DNA from: Okeania sp.
GTDB lineage: Bacteria; Cyanobacteriota; Cyanobacteriia; Cyanobacteriales; Microcoleaceae
Direction of reading: 5' to 3'
Assembly: GCF_035285525.1 (NCBI RefSeq)
Contig: NZ_JAYKGW010000187.1
Coordinates: 14,461-46,460 of the forward strand
Length of the DNA stretch: 32,000 nucleotides
Positions 17,677-28,800 of the stretch are shown here, one piece after another. The translations under genes were made by a program, and so were the position numbers. Numbering within the stretch: position 1 is the stretch's first letter; every line of letters starts with the position of its first letter. The notes beneath the pieces are model-generated. The model saw nothing but the letters and a program-made list of their open reading frames with translations. It had not been told where the DNA came from and made no database searches.

Positions 17677-19089
17677 ATGGCTGATAGCTTATATATAAAA
17701 TCCATGATGCCTGAAACTGTAATTTCACTACAAAATGTTTCTAAATGTTTTAAGCGATATCCACATCCTGTAGATCGTTTAAAAGAAATTTTACTGCCTG
17801 GAAAAAGTCGTGCTGATGAATTTTGGGCAGTGCAAAATATAAACATAGAAATAGAAAGAGGACATACTTTAGGAATTGTAGGGCGGAATGGTTCAGGAAA
17901 AAGTACCCTTTTACAAATAATTGTTGGTACTTTAACACCAACAATAGGAAAAGTAAAAGTTCAAGGCAGAATTTCTGCTCTATTAGAACTTGGTAGTGGA
18001 TTTAATCCGGAATTTACAGGCAGGCAAAATGTTTTTTTTAATGCTCAGTTACTAGGATTAAAAATACCAGAAATTGAAGCAAAATTTGACCAAATTGCTA
18101 GTTTTGCTGATATTGGTGATTTTATTGACCAACCTGTAAAAACATATTCTAGTGGAATGTTTGTTAGATTAGGATTTGCTGTAGCTACCAGTGTAGAACC
18201 AGATATTTTAGTTGTTGATGAAGCACTTTCTGTAGGAGACGAAGCATTTCAAAGAAAATGTTTTGCTCGTATTCAAGACATTCAAGAAAGAGGAGGAACA
18301 ATATTATTTGTCTCTCATGCTGCTTCCACAGTTGTGCAACTTTGTGATTCAGCAATTTTGATGGATAATGGGGAAATGTTACTTTATCATACTCCTAAAT
18401 ATGTGGTTTCTAAATATCAGAAACTAATCTATGCTTTTCCTGATAAAGTTCCCTCCATTAGAGAAGAAATTCGCCAAATTCCTGATTTAACTATTCACGA
18501 TTTTTTTGATGATGAGGAGACAAATGAATCTACATCTAAATCTCAAGAAAATAGTGAAAATCAAAGTAAAGATAGGATTGCAGAAGCAACAGAATATGAA
18601 GAAATTTATGACCCAGAAATGATACCTTCAAATACTATACGTTATCCTGATAAAGGAGCAGAAATTATTGACCCCCATATTATTACTTTGGATGGTAAAA
18701 GAGTAAATCATTTAATTAATCGTCGGGAATATTACTACACATATAGAGTAAAATTTATTAATTCTACATCTAAAGTTAGGTTTGGAATGTTGATCAAAAC
18801 TCTTAGTGGTTTTGAGTTAGGAGGAGCGTCTTTACATAGTTCTACTAAATCTGTAGAATATGTTGCAGCTCAACAAATAGCTATAGTTAAATTTAAGTTT
18901 AAATGTTTACTAAATCCTGGTGTATATTTTTTAAATGCTGGAGTTGTGGGAATGGCAGACGATCATCTAACATATTTATCTCGTTGTATTGACATAGCTA
19001 TGTTTAGAGTGCAACATTGTAGTGATTCATCCGGTACGGGTGTGGTTGACTTTTTGATAGAACCTAGATTAATAATTAATAATGGATAA
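17677..19089 (+). CDS. Polysaccharide ABC exporter ATP-binding protein (Wzt/TagH type) with ~190-aa C-terminal extension
   Basis: Walker A GIVGRNGSGKSTLLQII, signature YSSGMFVRLGFA, Walker B ILVVDEALSVGD, H-loop FVSH. The C-terminal part (DKGAEIIDPHIITLDG...VYFLNAGV...FRVQ) looks like the Wzt C-terminal beta-sandwich. The ATG at 17677 lies inside a heptamer array; the ATGATG at 17704 (MMPETVISLQNVSK) is an alternative start. Confidence 0.9.
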   Translation: MADSLYIKSMMPETVISLQNVSKCFKRYPHPVDRLKEILLPGKSRADEFWAVQNINIEIERGHTLGIVGRNGSGKSTLLQIIVGTLTPTIGKVKVQGRISALLELGSGFNPEFTGRQNVFFNAQLLGLKIPEIEAKFDQIASFADIGDFIDQPVKTYSSGMFVRLGFAVATSVEPDILVVDEALSVGDEAFQRKCFARIQDIQERGGTILFVSHAASTVVQLCDSAILMDNGEMLLYHTPKYVVSKYQKLIYAFPDKVPSIREEIRQIPDLTIHDFFDDEETNESTSKSQENSENQSKDRIAEATEYEEIYDPEMIPSNTIRYPDKGAEIIDPHIITLDGKRVNHLINRREYYYTYRVKFINSTSKVRFGMLIKTLSGFELGGASLHSSTKSVEYVAAQQIAIVKFKFKCLLNPGVYFLNAGVVGMADDHLTYLSRCIDIAMFRVQHCSDSSGTGVVDFLIEPRLIINNG

Positions 19090-19372
19090 TGAAAAGTGTA
19101 TCTAATTATCAATTATTAATTACCTTTAGTTAAAGCCGATAGAATTGAATTAATTATGGAAATATTATTTCTTTTTTTTATGAAAAGGAAAGGTTTTAAA
19201 CCTCTGGAGATTAATTATAGAAATCAACTCTTATGTTGTCATAATTCAAAAACTAGAAATAAATTTTTAAACTCTTACCAATTGACCAAAAAAACTTGGG
19301 TAGTTACGCCTCTTCAAATAAGAGGATAAAAAAAGAAGGCTCGGTATTTAAAGCCTCCTTATTCCACAATAT

Positions 19373-19400
19373 ACTAATAACTAATAACTGATAACTGAAA
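19373..19400. repeat. Heptamer array TAATAAC/TGATAAC ending in CTGAAATAACC
   Basis: Direct reading. The same terminal motif closes the arrays at 16821-16845 and 29364-29431. Confidence 0.9.
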
Positions 19401-19765
19401 TAACCATTACCTACAGAAATATTCTTAAAAAGCTGTAAGATTATAGACACAAATAAAATAGAATTTCTAGATCAATTATCTATTAGTAAGTAGTGTAATT
19501 TTTTTCATTGTATATAATACTTTAAAATTCACCTACTTATTAAAGTCTACTATCGAAAAACTTGAGGTATTTGTTTGTTTACTAAATACCTTCTTTCTTT
19601 TTCCTTCTTCCGTAACCATTCAGCTATTCCTACGGAATGCGCTCGCATTCAGCAATAAGACCCTATGTTAAAGATAGGTTTTAAGTGAATATAGACTTTA
19701 GAGCTGACTTTATAGTAAAATTTTTTTAGCTTAATTAAGAGAGCTTTTATCACTTACTAAAAGCA

Positions 19766-19799
19766 ATAGCTGATAGCTGATGGCTGATGGCTGAATGCT
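19766..19799. repeat. Heptamer array ATAGCTG x2 / ATGGCTG x2
   Basis: atagctgatagctgatggctgatggctgaatgct read directly. A similar mixed array at 17664-17690 overlaps the annotated wzt-like start. Confidence 0.9.
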
Positions 19800-19832
19800 T
19801 ACCTTCTTCTTTCTTCCTTAAAATCTAAAAAT

Positions 19833-22685
19833 ATGAACACTGAAAAAATAGATTTCAATCATAAGTTAATTATAGATAATTTTCTTCAAGACCAAACTAC
19901 CAAACCGGAAATAATTAACATAAAAATTCATCCACAAGATGAAATGTATCTCTATGCTTTGAAAAATACAGATGGGAAAAAAGAAGAAGCTCTACTACGA
20001 TATTTTTCTAATGGCAAAAGAATTTTTGATGCAGTTAAACAAATTGTAGAATGGTATTTTAATGGTTTTGAAAATATCTCTTCTTTTTTAGATTTTGCTA
20101 GTGGTTATGGGCGTTTTAGTAGATTTTTGGTTCAGGAAATACCGACTAATAAAATATGGGTTTCAGATATTTATTCTGAAGCAGTAGAATTTCAAAAACA
20201 AGAGTTTGGTTTTGATGGGATAGCTTCAACTACTGCTCCTGAAGATTATCAAATAAATCAGAAGTTTGACTGCATTTTTGCTTGTTCTTTCTTTAGTCAT
20301 ATTCCTCAAAAAACTTTTGCTAGTTGGTTAGAAAAGTTATATAGTTGTTTAACTGAAAATGGCATATTAATATTCAGTACCCATGATTTATCTTTGATGA
20401 CTATAGAGACAGATATAGAGGCAGAAGAAATTTATTTTACTCCAGAAAGTGAAAGTCTTTTTCTGAATACTGAAGATTATGGAGTTACTTATGTGGGAGG
20501 AAAATGGGTAGGTAAAATAATTGAAAAAGTGACTCAGGGAAAAGCAAAATGGCATCGAATTAAAAAAGGTCTTTGTGGATTCCATGATTTATATATTATT
20601 GGGAAGGAGGAATTCTTTATAAATTCAAAAGTTAAAAGTCAGGATTCAAAAGTTGGAAAGGAAGAAGTATTAATAAATTCAGAAGTTAAAAGTCAGGATT
20701 CAAAAGTTGGAAAGGAAGAAGTATTAATAAATTCAGAAGCAAAAATAGAAGCAGAAGTAGAAAGTAATCAGTTAGAAGTATTTATAAATTCGGAAGAATT
20801 AGCAGAAAATAATCAGTCAGAATTATCTCTAAATTTAGAAATTAGGAAGGAAAAAGTTTGGGAACAAATAGATGAATTATTAAACTTTCATTGTCATCCT
20901 GATGGAGGTTGCCAAAAATTTGAAATTACAGCTACAGGGGAACTTTATTTAGAGGGATGGGCAGCAGATATTAATCAAGAAGAAAAGGTAGAAAAAATTT
21001 CAGTTTTAATCAATGGAAAAGAAGTAGTAAGCTGTTTACCTAAACCTGAAATTAAGAATAAAAAATATCAATGGTCATCTACTATTAAGAGTGAATATCT
21101 ATCACCAAATAACATTATCCTAGTAAAAATTATTAATAACTTCCATTTTGAACGAGTAGTTAATATTTCTCCTATTAATACCATTGCATTACTTCCACCA
21201 AGTCATCTGTTATTAAGAATAAGTGGTAACCCTAGTGTTAAAGCTTTTATTAGTTCATTTGATGATCTTAGACATACAATAAAAAATTACCTTCAAACCG
21301 CAGGATTTGATTTTAATCAATTTGAAAATATACTAGATTTCGGCTGTGGAGTCGGACGTTATTTAATGGCGTTTCAACCTGAACTTTTGCCTAATCAAAA
21401 ATTATTTGGTTGTGACGTTTTTCCCGAATGTGCTGAATGGTGTCAAGAAAATATTAAGTTTGCTACGGTTAAACGTAACGATATTCAACCACCTTTACCT
21501 TTTGAAAATAATCAGTTTGATTTAATTAATTCTATTTCAGTATTTACTCATCTAAGTATAGATTTACAACATCTTTGGGCTTGGGAAGTTTATCGAGTTT
21601 TGCGACCTGGGGGAATATTATTTATGACTCTTCACGGACCTCAATTTTTCCCAGTAGTTTATGATATTTTTCTGACTGGAAATGCTCATAAAGCGGAAAT
21701 GTATAGTATTGGTGAAGAGGGATTATTTTTATATCTTGACCATGAGGGAGAAAGAGATGGTCAAGGTCAAAATACTATTGCAGCAGTTCATACACCTGCT
21801 GCTTATCAAGAAATATTTTCTATGTTTAAACACATTAAAAGATTTCCTCAAAGTAATTTGGCAAATGGGCAAGATTTATATATTTTACAAAAGCCAATTT
21901 CTGGTACTTTGGTTGCTCAACCTCTGAATGTGAAGTCAAAGTTCAAAAGTCAAAATTCAAAAGTTAGAAGTAAGAAGTTAGAAGTTCAGAATTTTGAGAA
22001 TAAAGAAGATTTGGCAAAGACTCAGGAAGAAATAATCGGAAATATTGACTCAGATGTGATAACTCAAAAGTTGGAAGTTGACAATTTTGAGAAGGAGGAG
22101 AAAGTTGGAAATGTCGAAGAAGAAATAATGGGAAATATTGACTCCGAAGTGACAACTCAGAAGTTGGAAGTTGACAATTTTGACAATAAGGAGAAAGTTG
22201 CAAATGTCGAGGAGGAAATAATCGGACAAAATATAGAAGAGGAAAAAATTCTCATATCTGATAATAGAGAAACTCAAAATTTGTCGGAAGTGCCAAAAGT
22301 ACCTTTGTCTAGTGATGGAAAAATTGAAAATTTATCAGAGCAAACATTGTCTGAAAGTTATCACTCTCAAACTGAGATGAAGTTTCAATTACAAGGTCAA
22401 AAAATATTCCGAGTTTATCCACAAATTGAACCTATGGGAAATTATTCTCTTGCTTCTAAAATTGAAATTATTGACAGCAAAAACGAAGAAATTTTAGTGC
22501 AAAAAACTATTCCTTTAAATAATAAAAAAATATTTGGTAAAACTAACTATGGAGTGATACAAATAGAAATTCCTGAATACTCAGGAGAAGTAATTGTCAG
22601 ATTAAAAACTTTCATTACTGACTGGATTAATTTACCACTAGAACAAGAAGTATTAGTATATTGGAATTTTGCCAATTTTGCTTAG
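19833..22685 (+). CDS. Double class-I SAM-dependent methyltransferase protein with repeat linkers (950 aa)
   Basis: Two motif-I/post-I sets: LDFASGYGRFSRFL...FDCIFACSFFSHI...NGILIFSTH and ILDFGCGVGRYLMAF...FDLINSISVFTHL...PGGILFMTLHG. They are separated by tandem-repeat low-complexity linkers and a GW-containing beta-rich module. Confidence 0.8.
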   Translation: MNTEKIDFNHKLIIDNFLQDQTTKPEIINIKIHPQDEMYLYALKNTDGKKEEALLRYFSNGKRIFDAVKQIVEWYFNGFENISSFLDFASGYGRFSRFLVQEIPTNKIWVSDIYSEAVEFQKQEFGFDGIASTTAPEDYQINQKFDCIFACSFFSHIPQKTFASWLEKLYSCLTENGILIFSTHDLSLMTIETDIEAEEIYFTPESESLFLNTEDYGVTYVGGKWVGKIIEKVTQGKAKWHRIKKGLCGFHDLYIIGKEEFFINSKVKSQDSKVGKEEVLINSEVKSQDSKVGKEEVLINSEAKIEAEVESNQLEVFINSEELAENNQSELSLNLEIRKEKVWEQIDELLNFHCHPDGGCQKFEITATGELYLEGWAADINQEEKVEKISVLINGKEVVSCLPKPEIKNKKYQWSSTIKSEYLSPNNIILVKIINNFHFERVVNISPINTIALLPPSHLLLRISGNPSVKAFISSFDDLRHTIKNYLQTAGFDFNQFENILDFGCGVGRYLMAFQPELLPNQKLFGCDVFPECAEWCQENIKFATVKRNDIQPPLPFENNQFDLINSISVFTHLSIDLQHLWAWEVYRVLRPGGILFMTLHGPQFFPVVYDIFLTGNAHKAEMYSIGEEGLFLYLDHEGERDGQGQNTIAAVHTPAAYQEIFSMFKHIKRFPQSNLANGQDLYILQKPISGTLVAQPLNVKSKFKSQNSKVRSKKLEVQNFENKEDLAKTQEEIIGNIDSDVITQKLEVDNFEKEEKVGNVEEEIMGNIDSEVTTQKLEVDNFDNKEKVANVEEEIIGQNIEEEKILISDNRETQNLSEVPKVPLSSDGKIENLSEQTLSESYHSQTEMKFQLQGQKIFRVYPQIEPMGNYSLASKIEIIDSKNEEILVQKTIPLNNKKIFGKTNYGVIQIEIPEYSGEVIVRLKTFITDWINLPLEQEVLVYWNFANFA

Positions 22686-22814
22686 AAAAAGCTTTTAGCT
22701 ATCAGCATTCAGCGGTCATCAAGATTATTTTTTTTAAGGTTAGTAAAGGATATTTCAATCTAAGTTAAGGGCGAATATCCATGATATATAGTTAACATTA
22801 AGGAGAAAAATTAC

Positions 22815-25800
22815 ATGAAATCAACAGTTTTAATTATTACAGGAATGCACCGTTCGGGAACTTCTTTAACTGCTTCTTTATTTCAGAGTGTAGGAGTAAA
22901 TATTGGGGAGAAATTAATTGGTCCTGAATATGGAAATATTAGAGGGCATTTTGAAGATATTGAGTTTGTTGAACTACATAAACAAATCTTGCGATCGCAA
23001 CATATTGATGAGTTGGGTAGCAATGTGGAAATTTCTGAAATTCCGGTTAAAGATGAATATTTGGAAGCAGCAAAAAGACTGATAGAAAATTGTCAAGTAA
23101 AAAATGAGAAAGTAAATAAATTTTGGGGATGGAAAGACCCGAGAACTACATTATTTTTAAGTTTTTGGTTGCGGTTATTGCCTGATGCTAAGTTTATTTT
23201 TGTTTATCGTTCCCCTTGGGAAGTTGTAGATTCTCTTTATCGTCGAGGTACTGATAAAAAGTTATTGGAACAACCAGAGTTAGCTGTGAAAATGTGGTGG
23301 GATTATAATCGGAGAATATTGGATTTTTATCAACAATTTTCGGCACAATGTTTAATTGGAAAAGTTGATACTATTGGCAAAAATTCTGAGGGTTTTATTG
23401 AAGCAGTTAATGAAAAATTTGAAATTGATTTGTCAGCGCCTCCCCCTGGGAATTTTACTGAATCTTTATTGGTGAAAGATATTAGTAAAACTACTAAACC
23501 TGGTTTGATAGAAAGATATTTTCCAGAAGCTTTAGAGGTTTATAAGGAATTAGAAAAAATTGGTGTGGAAGAAGGAGTCAGCAGCTTTTATGAAGTTAGA
23601 CTTCAGAAATTAGAAGTCGGTAGTGAAGTGTCTAAAGTTAAAGATGAAAATTTAGGTACTAAAAATTGGGAAGTCGGTAGTGGAGAGTCTAAAGTTAAAG
23701 CTGAAAAAGTGGGAAGTCAGAAATTAGAAGTTGGTAGTGAAGTGTCAGAAGTTAAAGATGAAAAGTTCGGTACTCAAAATTGGGAAGTCGGTAGTGAAGT
23801 GTCAGAAGTTAAAGCTGAAAAATTAGGTACTAAAAATTGGGAAGTCGGTAGTGAAGAGTCTAAAGTTAAAGATGAAAAGTTCGGTACTAAAAATTGGGAA
23901 GTCGGTAGTGGAGAGTCTAAAGTTAAAGCTGAAAAAGTGGGAAGTCAGAAATTAGAAGTTGGTAGTGAAGTGTCTAAAGTTAAAGATGAAAAAGTGGGAA
24001 GTCAAAATTTAGAAGTCGGTAGTGAAGAGTCTAAAGTTAAAGCTGAAAAATTAGGTACTAAAAATTTAGAAGTAGGTAGTGAAGAGTCAGAAATTGAAAC
24101 TAAATCAGAATTATGGGAATTTCGAGATTGGTTAAATATTCGGAGGTTAGAAAAACAAAATAATCTTTTAGAAAAACAAATTAATAGTTTAGAAACAGAT
24201 GTAGAAAGATGGAGAGAAATATTTCGAGAAGCACAACAGAAAGTAGGAAATTTAGAAACAGAATTAGGAGAAACTCAACAACAACTTGATAATAGAACAA
24301 TCAAACTTCAAGAGTCTGGTAAAAAATTAGAACTACTTGAAACAGAATTAGGTAAAACTCAAGTTCAACTTGAAGCTAGAGAAACAAATTTACAAGCATC
24401 TCAAACTAAAGTAGTTACATTAGAAAAAAAATTAGGGCAGACTCAATCTCAACTAGAAAATAATCAAATTAAATTACAACAGTCTCAAACAAAAATCTTT
24501 ATATTAGAAACAGACTTTGGGAAAACTCAGGCAGAACTTGATAACTCAAAAACTAAATTTAAAGAAGCATTAACTAAAATATCTAATTTAGAAACAAATT
24601 TAGGAGAAACTCAACTTCAACTAGATGGTACTCAAATTAAATTAACTGAGTCTCAGGAAAAAATTGGAATATTAGAAACTGATTTAGGAGAAACTCAAAA
24701 TCAACTTCAGAATCAAGTTCAGACAAATAAAATTCAATTAGGAGAATCTCAGGAAAAAATTGGAATATTAGAAACAAAATTAGGAGAAACTCAAATTACT
24801 CTCGAAGAAACCAAAGCAGAAATTTTAGCTATGAAATCTTCTAAGTTTTGGAAACTTCGAGAAAAGTGGTTTAGTTGGAAAGGGAAAATAAAAAAGGTTC
24901 TGAGAAGTTTACAACCGCGCTTCGTTTTTTCCATCGACTCTCCTATTAATTGGAAATTTTATAATTCTCAAATAGAAATAGTTGGTTGGTGTTTCCACAA
25001 TACTCTCGACATCCAAAATATTCGCGCCAAAATAGGAACAGAAATTTTTCTTGGTAATTATGGCATTCCACGAAAGGATGTTGCTCAACTTTATGAAGAA
25101 GTAAAAATTCAAAATTCAAAAGTAAAAATTCAAAAGTTAGAGATTGGAAGTAATGAGTTAGAAAATGAAGAAGTCGGAAGTAAAAAGTCAAATAATACCT
25201 CGACTCTAGAAAATTGTGGTTTGGAAATTTCTGCACAACTTTCTTCAGGAAATTATCAGTTAATTCTGGAAGCGGAGGATAAAAAGGGTAAGTGGCAAAA
25301 ATTTGCGAGTTATCCTATATCGGTATCTACTGTTGAGGCAAATTTTGATGCTCCGACAAATTGGGAACAACGGGAGGGAATAATTTTCTTTGCTGGTTGG
25401 TGTTGTCATCCAGAACAGAAAATTACTAAGTTAGTTTTAAAATGTGGGGGTATTTCTGTAGATTGTGCTTATGGTTTGCGTCGGAAAGATGTGGGGGAAG
25501 TTTTTCCAGATTGGGTGGGAAGTGAGTATAGTGGGTTTGAAGTAACTGTGGAAGTTCCATCGGGAAAATGGGAAGTTAGTTTAGAAGCATATTTGGAAAA
25601 TGGGGAAGTGGTAGGTTTTTCTTGTCAAGAAATTTTCAAACTAAAACGTTATAGTTTCTGGGATAAAACTCAGGATAAATTTCAAGATTTATATAAATTT
25701 AGTCAAGCTCTTCAGAAACGAGTTGCCGAAAGAAAACAAAGATTAGGTCGCATTTTACCTTTACCTTCAGAAATACCTAATATTGTCAGACAAATATTAA

Positions 25801-28800
25801 CTATATATAGAGAGCAACAAAAATTGGAGGGAGAATTATTACCTCCCCCTGAGTTTGTTTTGCCAGAAACTATAGATGTTTATGATGCTTGGTTAGCAGT
25901 AAATAAATGGGGCGATCGCTCTCGTCAATATTTAATGTCTCGTTTGGAAAGTTGTCGGACTGCTTTACCGAAAATTTCTGTGGTGATGCCTGTTTATAAT
26001 CCACCCCTAGAATTTTTGCGCAAGGGAATAGCCAGTGTACAAAACCAAGTATATCAAAATTGGGAATTTTGTATAGCGGATGATTGTAGTAGTAATTCGG
26101 ATGTTCGAGAAATTTTGACGGAAATAGCTCAGACTGACTCTCGGATTAAATTAATATTCCGTTCCGAAAATGGAAATATTAGTGCTGCGACTAATTCTGC
26201 TGCGGAACTTGCTACGGGAGATTTTATTCTTTTTATGGATAATGATGATGAACTTACTCCGGATGCTTTAGGAGAAGTTGCTCTATATATAAGTGAAAAT
26301 CCAGAGACGGATTTTCTTTATTCGGACGACGATAAAATTACTACGGAAGGGAAAAGATTCGCTCCTCAATTTAAACCAGAATATTCTCCAGAGTTGTTAC
26401 TTTCTTATATGTATATGGGGCATTTATGTGTAGTGAGAAAGGAAATTTTTGACAAAGTTGGAGGTTTAAGAATTGGTTTTGAAGGTTCTCAAGATTATGA
26501 TTTTGCTTTAAGAGCAACGGAATTTTCTCGTCATGTCGGACATCTACCTTTAGTATTATATCATTGGCGAACTTCTCCTGGTTCGACTGCTATTTCGGGG
26601 GGGGAAAAACCAAAGAGTTTTCTAGCAGGTGAAAAAGCAGTTCAAGAAAGTTTAATTCGTCGAGGTATAGCAGGAAAGGTTGCTCAACCAGATTGGGCAA
26701 TACGAGAAAATTTAGGAATTTTTAAACCTACTTTTCCTGATCAAGGTGATTCGGTGACTATTATTATTCCGACGAAAAATCAAGCTAAGTTATTGAAGGC
26801 TTGTATTGAGTCTTTGCAAAAGACAACTTATCAGAATTATCAAGTTTTTGTGATTGATAATGAAAGTGATGAGTCAGAGAGTTTAGAGTATTTGGCAAGT
26901 TTAAAAGATTTATTTTTAGGTGAAGCAAATGTATCGGTTTTGCCAATTCCTAATAATGATGGAAAGTTTAATTTTGCTGCCATAAATAATCGTGCTGTTG
27001 AGAGGGCAAAAACTGAATATATTTTATTTTTAAATAATGATACGGAGGTGATTTCTTCTAACTGGTTAAGTCAGATGATGGGTTATGCAAAAATTCCTGG
27101 AGTCGGAACAGTCGGAGCTAAATTAATTTATCCCGATCAAAGGATTCAACACGCTGGTGTGATTCATGGTTTACATCATGGTTTAGCAGGTCATGCTTTT
27201 AAATTATTATATAGTGAAAATAGGGGTTATCTTTCTCAAGCATTTGTGTCAAGAAATTATTCGGCAGTAACGGCAGCTTGTATGTTAACTCCTCGGAAAT
27301 TATTTTTAGATAATGGTGGTTTTGATGAGGAAAATTTTGCTGTTGCTTATAATGATGCAGATTATGGTTATCGACTTTTAAGAAGTGGTTATCGTTCGGT
27401 TTATTGTCCTGATGCTGAGTTGATTCATAAGGAAGGAACGAGTCGTGGTTATTCTGATAATCCTCAAGAGGAGGCAAATTATCGTCGGAAGTATTCTAGG
27501 ATGATAGATGGTTTTTATAGTCCTCATTTTTCTCTAGAAAGTGAGTTATTTGAAATTAAACCGAGAAGATATTTCATTGAAATTGAAAAGTCAAAATTCA
27601 CAAGTAAAAAATTAGAAAATTCTTCAAAAGAGTCAGAATTAAATTCTCAAACATTAGAGGAAAATTCTGCTAATGAACCAGAAATAGATGTTCAGACAAA
27701 AGTTGATAATCTGCCCAAAGATTCTCAAATAAATAGTCAGACAAAATTTGATATTTCTCAAAAAGAGTCAGAATTAAATTCTCAAACATTAGAGGAAAAT
27801 TCTCCTAATGAACTAGAAATAAATGTTCATAAAAAAGTTGATAATCTTCCCAAAGATTCCCAAATAAATAGTCAGACAAAATTTGATATTTCTCAAAAAG
27901 AGTCAGAATTAAACTCTCAAGCAAGAGACTGCCTGTTCCCTCATACAAACATTAAAATATTGATGTGTAGTAATTCCTTAGACTTAACTGGTGCACCACT
28001 TCATCAATTAGAAATTGCCCTAAAATTAGCCAAAGACGGAATTATTGAACCAATAATATTTTGTGTCAGCGATGGGGAACTTCGAGAAATTTATCAACAA
28101 CAAAATATTCAAGTAATTGTTAAAGAAAACCCCCTAGAACATATCTATCAAATAGATGCTTATAACGCAGCCTTAACCACCTTTGCTGAACAAATAAAAT
28201 CTCTAAATATTGATGTTATGTATATCAACACTTTAGAAAACTTTTTCATGGTAGATGTCGCTCAAATGTTAAACATTCCTAGTGTTTGGAATGTGCATGA
28301 AAGTCAACCTTGGCAAACATATTTTAATCGTTTTGGAAACGAGATAGCTGCCAGAGCATTAGAATGTTTCCGTTATCCTTATCGGATAATTTTTGTTGCT
28401 GATGCTACTCGAAATAGATACCTTCCTTTAAATAGTCATCATAACTTTACCGTCCTTCATAATGGATTAGATTTAGAACTATTAAAAAAAGCAGCAACTA
28501 AATGGTCTAGAAAAGAAGCAAGGTCAACTTTAGGAGTACAAAAAGATGAAATAGTTATTCTCTTATTAGGTACTGTCTGCGAAAGAAAAGGTCAACATGA
28601 TTTAGTAAAATCTCTATCATTTATTCCAGAAAAAGAAATAGAAAAAATCAAATGTTTTATAGTAGGTGATCGCCCGAATCTTTATAGTTTAAAATTACAT
28701 GAACTTGTCAAAAATTTGCCAGAAGAAGTTCAGAAAAAAGTAGAAATAGTAGGAGAAACTCCTGATACGGCAAAATATTATCAAGCAGCAGATATATTTG

